Position numbers and translations under genes: made by a program. A stretch of DNA of 64,000 bases from NCBI GenBank assembly GCA_037443035.1, contig JBBIPC010000008.1:1-64000 (forward strand). The letters run 5' to 3'. This document shows positions 40,471 to 49,375 of this stretch, in pieces. The notes under the pieces are model-generated. The model was not told where the DNA came from. It saw only the letters and a program-made list of their open reading frames with translations, and did no database searches. Numbering within the stretch: position 1 is the first letter of the stretch; each line of letters starts with the position of its first letter. The stretch is from Chthonomonadales bacterium (lineage in GTDB: Bacteria; Armatimonadota; Chthonomonadetes; Chthonomonadales; CAJBBX01).

Positions 40471-42117
40471 ATGGGCGTACGAACGAGGGCCGACCAGGAG
40501 CTAGAAACGCTCATCCGAGCGCGCTATCCCATCGTCTATGTCGTTTCATGGGAAGAGGATCGGGTGGAGGATGCGTTGCGGGCCATCGCCGCAGAACGCA
40601 ACAAGACGCTGCATGTGTGGACCATCACGCGGGGCTTCGGAGCTGGCACGGACAGACGTGACCCGGCGACGCGCGACCCTCTGGCGGCGCTCGAGTACGT
40701 GGCGTCGGCAGCCGACCAGGCGGTCTTCTTGCTGAAGGACTTCCACGCGTATATCAGCGACGCCAGCGTTACTCGTAGGCTGAGGGATCTGACTCCCATA
40801 CTCAAGAACAGCTACAAGAGCCTGGTGATCCTCGCACCAGCATTGAAGCTGCCTGCTGACCTGGAGAAAGAGGTCACCGTTCTCGACTACGCTCTGCCGA
40901 CCTACGAGGAGCTCGCGCGTCTTCTCGACGACATCGTGCTTACCGTCAAGGACACGCCAGGAGTCCACACCGACCTGACGCCAGAACAACGAGAGCAGGT
41001 GCTCAAGGCAGCACAGGGACTGACTGCCATGGAGGCCGAGAACGTCTTCGCCAAGTCCCTGGTCCTGACACGTACCTTCGATGTCGATGTGGTTCTGTCG
41101 GAGAAAGAACAAATCATCCGCAAGTCAGGCATCCTCGAGTACTACCCTGCGTCGGAAGCATTCAGCTCGGTTGGCGGTCTGGATCTGCTGAAGGACTGGA
41201 TGGAGAAGAGGACGTCGTCCTTTACCGACAAGGCTCGGACCTTCGGGCTACCCGAGCCGCGTGGGGTCCTCCTCATCGGCGTTCAAGGCTGCGGAAAGAG
41301 CCTTAGCGCCAAGGCGGTGGGAGCTCAGTGGCGCCTGCCCCTCCTTCGCCTCGATATCGGCAAAGTCTTCGCGGGCCTGGTCGGTGCATCGGAAGAAAAC
41401 ATGCGGAAGGCATTGCGGGTGGCCGAATCGGTCGCTCCGTGCGTTCTCTGGCTGGACGAGTTGGAGAAAGGGCTATCAGGACTGCAAAGCTCAGGGGCGT
41501 CTGACGGCGGCACAACCGCTCGAGTCTTCAGCACCTTCCTGACATGGCTGCAGGAGAAAACAGTGCCGGTCTTTGTGGTGTCGACGGCCAACCAAGTGGA
41601 GGCCCTGCCGCCAGAACTTCTTCGCAAGGGAAGGTTCGACGAGATTTTCTTCATTGATCTGCCTTCCCGCGAAGAGCGCGAGGAGATCTTCCGCATCCAT
41701 CTTCGCAAGCGAAAGCGGGATCCGTCGGAGTTCGACCTGGACCTCCTCTCGAGCGTCACGCCCGGATTCTCGGGGGCGGAGATCGAGCAGGTGGTCATCG
41801 AGGGACTGTATGAAGCCTTCGACTTAGGTGCGGAGCTCACCACCGACCACATTCTGAAGGCGGTCAGGGCCACGGTACCACTGTCCATGACCATGCGTGA
41901 GAAGATTGCGTACCTCAGGGACTGGGCTTCCACCCGCGCGCGACCAGCGTCCAGCGCGATCGCTGAGTCGTTCGAAGTACAGGCGGCCGTGTACATGAAG
42001 CTTCGCGGTACAGCGGGACAGGCTCGTGGCGCTCACGTGGATGCTGAGCCGACGGTTGTCGCCACGGAGCACCAGCCCACTCGGATTCGGCGCAGACGCA
42101 AGGGAAACGCGGCATGA
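40471..42117 (+). CDS. Ycf46-like AAA+ ATPase
   Basis: N-terminal LIRARYP..Y..SWEE.R and LKDFH; Walker A GVQGCGKS, Walker B LWLDELEK and ELLRKGRFD. Confidence 0.9.
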   Translation: MGVRTRADQELETLIRARYPIVYVVSWEEDRVEDALRAIAAERNKTLHVWTITRGFGAGTDRRDPATRDPLAALEYVASAADQAVFLLKDFHAYISDASVTRRLRDLTPILKNSYKSLVILAPALKLPADLEKEVTVLDYALPTYEELARLLDDIVLTVKDTPGVHTDLTPEQREQVLKAAQGLTAMEAENVFAKSLVLTRTFDVDVVLSEKEQIIRKSGILEYYPASEAFSSVGGLDLLKDWMEKRTSSFTDKARTFGLPEPRGVLLIGVQGCGKSLSAKAVGAQWRLPLLRLDIGKVFAGLVGASEENMRKALRVAESVAPCVLWLDELEKGLSGLQSSGASDGGTTARVFSTFLTWLQEKTVPVFVVSTANQVEALPPELLRKGRFDEIFFIDLPSREEREEIFRIHLRKRKRDPSEFDLDLLSSVTPGFSGAEIEQVVIEGLYEAFDLGAELTTDHILKAVRATVPLSMTMREKIAYLRDWASTRARPASSAIAESFEVQAAVYMKLRGTAGQARGAHVDAEPTVVATEHQPTRIRRRRKGNAA

Positions 42118-43580
42118 AGGCCTCCGCGCCGCGTAGATATATGCTCGCAGGCGTCCTGGGCTTCATGCTTGCATGTCACGGACATGCTATCGCCCAGGCC
42201 ACTAGTCCGCCGGATACCGCGCATCTGTTCAATGATGCCCTGGCACGCTACAGGTCCGGCGACCTGGACGCAGCTCTGAGCCTGTTTAGGAAAGTCAGCG
42301 AAGCCACCCCGAAAGACCCCGAGATCCATAACTGGATTGGCTTTCTGCTGATGCGCATGGACAGGCACGCAGAGGCCGTCCGCTCCTTCGAGGAGGCAGT
42401 CCGTCTTCGTCCGGACTACGTAGAGGCGTGGACGAACTTGGGCACGGCATGCATGGCCGGACTCGGTGTCGAACAAGCCCTACAGGCGTTTCGTAAGGCA
42501 GCATCCCTTGCGCCGCGGAACCCGACCGTTCGCTACAACTTGGCGAACGCGCTGGCCCGTGCAGGGAAGCACGCGGAAGCCGTGGCGGAGTTCCGTGAGA
42601 CCGTGCGACTGCGACCCGAAGACTCCGCCGCGTGGAACAACCTCGGCTGTTCGCTTCAGACTCTGAAGCAGCCAGTACCTGCCGCAGACGCCTTTCGGAA
42701 GGCCGTTGCGTTGGAGCCGAAGAACGCGACGTACCAGACCAATCTCGGAGTCGCTCTCAACGAGGCTGGCAAGCCTGGCGAGGCACGGAGGGTCCTGGAA
42801 ACTGCGGTGCGACTCGACAAGCGTAACGTGGCCGCGCGGGTGGGGCTAGCCGAGGCGCTGATTCGGCTCGAGCAGTATGCGGCCGCGATTCCGCACTTGG
42901 AGGAGGCAGCACGCCTGGCACCAAGAGACTTCGCTGTGCAATACAACCTGGGTCTGGCACGTTGGCGGTCTCGCGACCTCAGAGGTGCCGTTGCTGCCTA
43001 TGAATCCGCCAGAGAGATCCTCCCGGACAACGTGGAAACGCTGACCGCCCTTGTCCAACTGTACCAGGCTGCGGGTCGCCTGGCCGACGCCATCAAGACG
43101 TGCGAGCGTTTGGTGGAACTACGGCCGGATGATGCTGGTATCCGGGTAAGGCTCGGGAATCTGAAGGCTGCGTCGGGCGACATGCCGGGCGCTGCTTCGG
43201 CGTGGGAGGATGCGACCGTCAGGGCCCCTACGAGAACCGACGTGCGGTTGCGTCTTGCGGCCTACTACCTGGAGAGGGCCAACCTGGATGCTGCAGAACG
43301 ACACTATCGGCGTGTCTTGCAGCGAGAACCCGCCAACGGTATCGCCATCAACGGTATGGGCCTCATTAGCGATCTGCGAGGCAAGCCTGGCCAGGCAGTG
43401 CAGTACTACCGACGAGCAGTTGCCGCCGCTCCCAACATGGCGGCTGCTTGGAACAACCTCGGTGTCGCGCTGGAGAAGACAGGCGATGTTGCGGGAGCAC
43501 GACGCGCGTACCGCAAGGCGCTGGCAGTGGACGCCGGGTGCACTGATGCCCGAAGAAACTTGGAGCGTCTCGGGCGCTAG
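42114..43580 (+). CDS. Exported tetratricopeptide-repeat protein
   Basis: Signal peptide, more than 10 TPRs (AWNNLG..L, A..AFRKA..L.P) and an ATGA overlap with the ATPase. Confidence 0.9.
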   Translation: MKASAPRRYMLAGVLGFMLACHGHAIAQATSPPDTAHLFNDALARYRSGDLDAALSLFRKVSEATPKDPEIHNWIGFLLMRMDRHAEAVRSFEEAVRLRPDYVEAWTNLGTACMAGLGVEQALQAFRKAASLAPRNPTVRYNLANALARAGKHAEAVAEFRETVRLRPEDSAAWNNLGCSLQTLKQPVPAADAFRKAVALEPKNATYQTNLGVALNEAGKPGEARRVLETAVRLDKRNVAARVGLAEALIRLEQYAAAIPHLEEAARLAPRDFAVQYNLGLARWRSRDLRGAVAAYESAREILPDNVETLTALVQLYQAAGRLADAIKTCERLVELRPDDAGIRVRLGNLKAASGDMPGAASAWEDATVRAPTRTDVRLRLAAYYLERANLDAAERHYRRVLQREPANGIAINGMGLISDLRGKPGQAVQYYRRAVAAAPNMAAAWNNLGVALEKTGDVAGARRAYRKALAVDAGCTDARRNLERLGR

Positions 43581-43670
43581 GCTCGACCGGGCATTGTAAC
43601 AGGCAGGCGCAGCAAGCACCCCGGAAACCCAGAGCGGTGAGAAGCCGTCTAATCGTGTGAGACAGGCCGA

Positions 43671-45284
43671 ATGGCCGCGAATCCCGAGAAACCGCAGAAT
43701 CGCGTGTCACGAAGCCAGCAGCCAGCCGTTATGGAAGGAAGGAGCGAGGCGGTGGCGAGGACGCTGACAGAGGGGATGTCCAAGGGGGCGGCGCGTGCCG
43801 AATCCCTGCCGCTGGACGTCGTCAGCATTGCCGACGAACTGCTTTCGCTCGTTGGACCGCGGGCGATCACCCTCCTAACGACACCCCGCCAGCTCGACGA
43901 TGGACGCATCGTGAGACCCCGACTGAGTGTCAACGACTGCTACGCCGCGCTACCAGAGGCATGCCGCAAAATGGCACGAGTCGTCGTTACGCGGCGCCAG
44001 CGCATGGGACAGGCCGGTGGCAGACTCACGCTGGAGGAGATCTTCCCCGACCCGGCGGCGTACCTTGCCAGAGCCATCCGGTCGGTGATCAGCGACGAGG
44101 GTCGGGCAGCACGGCGGGAACCGGAATGCTTTTCCCTGGACGTGCCAATCGGATCCGAGGAGGGTGCCTCGAGCTTTACGCTCGCGGATACGCTGCAAGA
44201 GGAAGATACCGATAGCCTGCCGGAAGAACGGCTTCTGGCGGAAGCTGACCGGACGGAATTCAGGGCAGCATTGCGGAAGGCATTGCGCTCCGTTCCGGCG
44301 AACTATCTCGCAGCACTGGCGCGAGACATGCAGCGAGAACGTGCTCGCCAAGCGGGAAGAGCGGTCGGACCTGCTACGGACGCAGAACGGCAAACTCTTT
44401 GCCGCGCACGTGCAGCGGTCGCGGACGTCATTCGCAAAGAATGCACAGCCGACAATCCGTATGTGTGGATGTTAGGAAGACACAGGACAGCGAAGGTGCC
44501 ACGAAAGACACAGCCGTCGGCGAAGTGGACTGGAGAACGTCAGGATGCCCTCCTGAAGCGTCTGCTCGAGGTCGGCTGGGCTGAGCGGTCGCCGGATCTA
44601 GAAGCAGGGCATGTGGCCGAGGCCGTGGTGAATGACGTCACCGAACCAGGGGCTGTAGCTCCACCGAGCCCGGAGGTCCGCCAGGCCATCCGTGTCTTGG
44701 ATCTCTACACGGTCGATCGCAAGGTGCCAGCCACGGAGCCGGCACGCTCGCTGTACGAAGAGGCGCGTGCACTGCGTGCTGCGGGTCGGATCGAAGAGGC
44801 CCTGAACAGATACCGTGAATGTTACGAGGCCGAACCGGAGTTCGTCGAGGCGCTCAACGAAGTTGGCGTCATGTACAGCCAGCTGGGCAAGCTGCGAGAC
44901 GCGCTTCGGGTGTACCTGACCATCATTGATCTCGATCCCCACGGTCCCCATCGTCACATCGCTGCGACGAACGCAGCCGACATTTACCTGACGTGGTATG
45001 ACGCCGGGCGCAACCGGGATAGGAATATCGCGCTGGCCAGGCAGTATGCCGAGATGGCAATGCAGAGACCATCGCCCATGCGGGCCTGCAATCTTATCTT
45101 GGCCCTGGTGAAGGATCGGATGTACACGGAGGCGCGAGACGTACTGGAGAGGCTGATACGGGAGGACCGAGCCGAGTGTCGCGCCCAGAAACTCCTGGAG
45201 ACAATGTTCCAGATCCGCGACCCAGACTTGGTAGCATGGTGGTCGTGGCTGGAGACGTCGCTGGGTAAGGAGCAGAAACAATGA
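43671..45284 (+). CDS. Divergent sigma70/ECF-like domain fused to C-terminal TPRs (putative peptide-sensing regulator)
   Basis: Region-2-like AYLARAIRSVISDEGR; linker SLDVPIG...TLADTL...PEERLL; LRKALRSVP; region-4.2-like RQTLCRAR; TPRs EALNRYRECYEAEPEFVEALNEVG. No TM segment. The start may be ATG 43731 or 43776. Confidence 0.65.
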   Translation: MAANPEKPQNRVSRSQQPAVMEGRSEAVARTLTEGMSKGAARAESLPLDVVSIADELLSLVGPRAITLLTTPRQLDDGRIVRPRLSVNDCYAALPEACRKMARVVVTRRQRMGQAGGRLTLEEIFPDPAAYLARAIRSVISDEGRAARREPECFSLDVPIGSEEGASSFTLADTLQEEDTDSLPEERLLAEADRTEFRAALRKALRSVPANYLAALARDMQRERARQAGRAVGPATDAERQTLCRARAAVADVIRKECTADNPYVWMLGRHRTAKVPRKTQPSAKWTGERQDALLKRLLEVGWAERSPDLEAGHVAEAVVNDVTEPGAVAPPSPEVRQAIRVLDLYTVDRKVPATEPARSLYEEARALRAAGRIEEALNRYRECYEAEPEFVEALNEVGVMYSQLGKLRDALRVYLTIIDLDPHGPHRHIAATNAADIYLTWYDAGRNRDRNIALARQYAEMAMQRPSPMRACNLILALVKDRMYTEARDVLERLIREDRAECRAQKLLETMFQIRDPDLVAWWSWLETSLGKEQKQ

Positions 45285-45466
45285 AGCTTGCAGATGAGAT
45301 TCGGAAACTGCTGCTTGCTGCTGCGATCGCCTCGACGTTGGCGATCGCCACGGGCAGTCTCTTGAACGGGACCTCGTGCGTGGAGCGCATCGCATCGCTT
45401 GCGACCCACAGCCACTCCATCCAGGTCGCGGACAAAGGTAGCGACGGTCAAGAGACCCACGGCTAG
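45281..45466 (+). CDS. Small 61-aa putative secreted propeptide
   Basis: AAGGAG RBS, ATGA overlap with the upstream stop, hydrophobic h-region (LLLAAAIASTLAIA), polar tail and a strong hairpin downstream. Confidence 0.7.
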   Translation: MKLADEIRKLLLAAAIASTLAIATGSLLNGTSCVERIASLATHSHSIQVADKGSDGQETHG

Positions 45467-45488
45467 ATTGCGATCATTCCAGAGCTAC

Positions 45489-45530
45489 CGTTGGCCGGCC
45501 ACTTCCTCGGGGGAAGGTGGCCGGCCAACG
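45489..45530. terminator. Strong hairpin closing the regulator-peptide unit
   Basis: CGTTGGCCGGCCAC-TTCC..GGAAG-GTGGCCGGCCAACG (14-bp perfect stem), with no U-tract. Confidence 0.55.
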
Positions 45531-45567
45531 TGTCTCAGGCTGCGCTAAGCAAGAGGAGACAGCAACC

Positions 45568-46611
45568 ATGCCCATTATCCGGGATGCACGCATCGAGGTC
45601 AGGGAGATCCCGTTGCGACATCCCTTCGCTACATCACGCGACGCTGCCCCACGCCATGCAACCCCGCTAGTCCGCATCACGCTCCGCACAGACGAAGGAA
45701 TCCTGGGCACAGGGGAGTGCGTTCCCGTTCCCTATGTGACCGGTGAGACACATGCGACCGTGGAAGCCACGCTGAACCGTGCCGTGCCGGACGTCCTCGG
45801 TGCCAACTGTCTACGCCCTCAGGAGGTGCTGCGGCGCGCAGAGGTGCACTTCCGCCGGCAGCCCGCGGCATTGGCCGGTCTGGAGATGGCCATCTACGAT
45901 GCGTTCTGCAAGGAGTGCGGCGTGACACTCTGGGAGCTGTGCGGGGGTGCCATCGAGGCAGTCACGACCGACGTCACACTGTCCATAGGAGCAGATGCTC
46001 CGAAGCATGCGGCTGCCCTCGCACACGAGGGGTTCCGTATCTTCAAAGTCAAGCTGGGCCGCGGCGACCTGCAGGCCGATCTCCGAGTTCTCGAGACTGT
46101 GCACGAGGCAGTGCCCAACGGCGTCCTGCGGCTCGACGCCAACCAAGCCTACGCTGCCGATGAGGCGCTCCACCTCATAGACGAGGTGGTCAGCAAGGGA
46201 CTGCCAGTGGAACTGCTGGAGCAGCCCGTAGATCGTTCGGACTTGGGCGCCCTGCATAGGGTGGCGGCAGCATCGCCAATCCCTATCTTTGCCGACGAGG
46301 CGGTGCTCACGCCTCAAGACGCCATGCGGCTAGTGGAACACACAGCAGTTCACGGTGTAAATGTCAAGCTCATGAAATCGGGGCTGCGCGGGGCTCTCGC
46401 CATTGCGGCGGTGGCCAAGGCCGCTGACCGAAAGCTCATGATGGGTTGCATGCTGGAGACGTCGCGGGGGATCGGAACTGCACTGGCGTTGGCTGCAGGT
46501 ACGGGTCTCTTCGACTACTTCGATCTCGATGCTCATCTCCTGACCGATGCGCCACCGTGGCAGGGCATGTTCGAATCGGATGGCGCGCTACTGCGCATCA
46601 ATCGGAGATAA
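45568..46611 (+). CDS. Dipeptide (L-Ala-D/L-Glu) epimerase, enolase superfamily
   Basis: GTGEC, FKVKLG, RLDANQ, LEQP, ADE, NVKLMKSG, MMGCMLE and DLD; GAGGAG RBS. Confidence 0.9.
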   Translation: MPIIRDARIEVREIPLRHPFATSRDAAPRHATPLVRITLRTDEGILGTGECVPVPYVTGETHATVEATLNRAVPDVLGANCLRPQEVLRRAEVHFRRQPAALAGLEMAIYDAFCKECGVTLWELCGGAIEAVTTDVTLSIGADAPKHAAALAHEGFRIFKVKLGRGDLQADLRVLETVHEAVPNGVLRLDANQAYAADEALHLIDEVVSKGLPVELLEQPVDRSDLGALHRVAAASPIPIFADEAVLTPQDAMRLVEHTAVHGVNVKLMKSGLRGALAIAAVAKAADRKLMMGCMLETSRGIGTALALAAGTGLFDYFDLDAHLLTDAPPWQGMFESDGALLRINRR

Positions 46612-47296
46612 CTGCGGCGTCGTTCGTGTAGGCGGCGGCATACTCTACGGGCATGTAGGCGTAACGCCCGCCGTTGCCGGAGTCTTTGAAGATGAGAACA
46701 TCGTGCGGTTCCTCTTCTCGGCCAAGGTAGAAGCCCACGAAGAGCACGCTATGGCCGTCGTACACTTCCTCGGCTGGGCACATCCCCAGCACGCCATTAT
46801 CCCAGACCGGCGCCTTGGGCCACCGCAGACCTGCGCAGACTGGCAATCCGTCCCGTATCGCCTGCAGGACCGCCTCCAGTTCGACGTCACTGAGGCCTGT
46901 GTCAATGTCCCACGTCTTGATCCAGGCAAGGTCGTAATGATCCTCGCGAAACGCATGAGCCTGCCGTTTCGCCTCCTTGGTCGGCTCCCAATGCGGGTCG
47001 AAGGTCTCGGCATAGGGCGCGAGCCTGGCCTCGCAGATACCGTGCTTTTCATAGCCTTTCCAGAGGTCCGCGAAGAATCCGCCGTCTTCGTACTCGCCTA
47101 TCGCATCGTTGGAGGCCCAGTTGAGATACTCTTCGCTCAAGATGAAACCTGCCTGCTGCCGCTGGGAGACGGCGAACTCCAGTGCAGCCGTCATGGCGAA
47201 AACGGAGCACGTAGGCCGGCCACCCTGGGACTTCAGGGGCAGCCCCCATTTCGCAAAGAGCGGGCGCAGGTCGGCGCGGCGATTCCTGATACCCAT
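46598..47296 (-). CDS. Papain-like C1 family cysteine peptidase
   Basis: ADLR, QGGRPTCSVFA, LSEEYL, GHSVLFVGF, IFKDSG and GRYAYMPVEY. The start abuts the glmM stop. Confidence 0.8.
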   Translation of the reverse strand: MGIRNRRADLRPLFAKWGLPLKSQGGRPTCSVFAMTAALEFAVSQRQQAGFILSEEYLNWASNDAIGEYEDGGFFADLWKGYEKHGICEARLAPYAETFDPHWEPTKEAKRQAHAFREDHYDLAWIKTWDIDTGLSDVELEAVLQAIRDGLPVCAGLRWPKAPVWDNGVLGMCPAEEVYDGHSVLFVGFYLGREEEPHDVLIFKDSGNGGRYAYMPVEYAAAYTNDAAVISD

Positions 47297-48699
47297 CAGA
47301 TCGCTCCTCCGTGGCGCTCGATAAGTGTGCAAAGCCGGCTGACGACGCTCTCGACAGCGGCCGCATCCCGCCCCTGAGCCATGACACGGACCACCGGTTC
47401 CGTGCCCGACGCTCGGACCGACAACCACTCGGGCCGTTCCAGCGCACTGCGAGCCTCCCGGATGGCTGCCTGAACGGCAGGTACCTCTTGCCAACGCCTG
47501 CGATCCGCGACGGGTACGTTCCGAAGAACTTGCGGGTAGACCGGCACGTTGCCTGCAATCTCGCCCAAAGGCTTCTGCGCCTGGCGCATCTCGCGCAGGA
47601 CCTGGAGCCCAGTCACCATCCCGTCGCCCGTTCTGGTCAGGTGGGCGAAAATGACGTGTCCCGATTGTTCCCCACCCAGTACGGCGCCCGTGCGAGCCAT
47701 CTCTTCTGCGACGTATCTATCGCCGACGTCCGTGCGGCGAAGTGCAATGCCGTGGGCCTCCAAGAAGGCTTCCAGCCCGGCGTTGCTCATGATCGTCGCG
47801 ACCACTTGGTCTCCGTCCAGTTCGCCTCGCTGTTTCATGCCAACTGCGCATATGGCCATGATCCGGTCCCCATCCACCAGGCGGCCCGCCTCGTCGCACA
47901 TGATGACGCGATCTCCGTCGCCATCGAAGGCCAGGCCGGCATCAGCGCCGACCTGCCTGACGAGTTCGCACATAGCCTGGGGAGCCGTGGAACCACAATT
48001 CCGATTGATGTTAGTGCCGTCCGGGCTTGCATGCAGTACGTGGACGTCTGCGCCGAGGTCTGCGAAGAGCGCCGGTGCGAAGTACGATGTGGCGCCGTTG
48101 GCGCAGTCGAGGACTAGTCGGAAGCCGTCGAGCGGACCACCCGCCGTGGCTGCGACATGGGCAACGTAACCCATGACGGGTGCACGATGGTGGACGAGTG
48201 CGTCTTCCGCGCCGTGAACGACTGTGTCTCCCTCCGCGGCGTCGAAGATCCTACCGATGCCGGCGCCGGTAGGCCAGGGAACGTCCTGGACATTGGCGAG
48301 GACGTCTTCGATCTCGGATTCGAGGGCATCCGGAAGCTTGCATCCGTCAGGACCCAGGAACTTGATACCATTGTCTTCGTACGGGTTGTGGGATGCCGAG
48401 ATGATCGCTCCTGCCGCAGCCCGCAACCGTACGACGATATGAGACACGGCTGGCGTCGGAACCACGCCCACGTTCGTGACAGCGCACCCCGTTGCTGCCA
48501 ATCCCGCGTTCAGTGCTGCCTCCAGCATGTCGCCAGAGATACGCGTGTCCCGGCCGACGATCACATGGCGGTTGGTAGCGTGGCGCCCGAGGATGTGGGC
48601 CGCAGCGATACCTAGCTTGAGGGCGAAGGGGGCGGTGAGCTCTCGATTCGCGACGCCACGGACCCCGTCGGTACCAAACGTGGGTTCCCTGGCTGTCAT
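47296..48699 (-). CDS. glmM: Phosphoglucosamine mutase
   Basis: FGTDGVRG, ISASHNP, DGDGDR, GGEQSGH and RASGTEP. Confidence 0.96.
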   Translation of the reverse strand: MTAREPTFGTDGVRGVANRELTAPFALKLGIAAAHILGRHATNRHVIVGRDTRISGDMLEAALNAGLAATGCAVTNVGVVPTPAVSHIVVRLRAAAGAIISASHNPYEDNGIKFLGPDGCKLPDALESEIEDVLANVQDVPWPTGAGIGRIFDAAEGDTVVHGAEDALVHHRAPVMGYVAHVAATAGGPLDGFRLVLDCANGATSYFAPALFADLGADVHVLHASPDGTNINRNCGSTAPQAMCELVRQVGADAGLAFDGDGDRVIMCDEAGRLVDGDRIMAICAVGMKQRGELDGDQVVATIMSNAGLEAFLEAHGIALRRTDVGDRYVAEEMARTGAVLGGEQSGHVIFAHLTRTGDGMVTGLQVLREMRQAQKPLGEIAGNVPVYPQVLRNVPVADRRRWQEVPAVQAAIREARSALERPEWLSVRASGTEPVVRVMAQGRDAAAVESVVSRLCTLIERHGGAI

Positions 48700-49283
48700 G
48701 GACGTGTCGCTACCTTGACCATTGCGGGTCGGATCACACGACCATCCATCGTGTATCCGCGCTGAAGCTCCTCGACGACGGTGTTCTCATCGACTTCCGC
48801 ATCTTCGACACGCATGGCCGCATCATGGAGATTCGGGTCGAATGGCTGCCCAACGGCCTCGATGGGCTCCACACCGTGCTTCTGGAGCAGTTCTCGCAGT
48901 TGCCGCAAGATCAGCTCGACGCCGGCGACCAGGCCGTCGAAGCTCCGTGAATCAGCCGCTGACGCCAGAGCACGCTCGAAGTTGTCGAGTATGGGCAGCA
49001 AATCCGCTACGAACTCCTGCACAGCCCTCGACGCTGTCTCGGCCCGTTGCTCCTCGCTTCTGCGTCGGAAGTTCTGGAAGTCGGCCAGGACCCGCAACGC
49101 CTGGGTACGTTCCGCTTCGAGCTCCTTCTCCAACTCAAGTATACGGTCCTCGATGGAGGCTGCCTGCTCCTCCTCACTGAGAACCTCGGTAGGAAGTACC
49201 GCAGCGCCCTCCGGCTCTGCCTGCGGCTGCTCCGTTGTCACGCTGTCCTCTTTGGCATCTTTCTTGCGTTTCATGGCTGACAT
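48696..49283 (-). CDS. grpE: Nucleotide exchange factor GrpE
   Basis: ADFQNFRRR, LLPILDNFERA, FDPNLHDA and GY....RVIRPAMVKV. Confidence 0.95.
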   Translation of the reverse strand: MSAMKRKKDAKEDSVTTEQPQAEPEGAAVLPTEVLSEEEQAASIEDRILELEKELEAERTQALRVLADFQNFRRRSEEQRAETASRAVQEFVADLLPILDNFERALASAADSRSFDGLVAGVELILRQLRELLQKHGVEPIEAVGQPFDPNLHDAAMRVEDAEVDENTVVEELQRGYTMDGRVIRPAMVKVATRP

Positions 49284-49375
49284 TCCGTCTCCACTAGGTG
49301 GCATCTACGGCACTCGATAGCGCCTCTCGCTGGCCAAGCAGTGACTGGCCTGCCTCGATCGGTGCTTACCGTTAC

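Noticed and set aside
45568..46611. Dipeptide epimerase as a modifying enzyme for the 61-aa peptide (RiPP)
   Set aside because: This family acts on free dipeptides in murein recycling, and the gene is separated from the peptide ORF by a strong hairpin.
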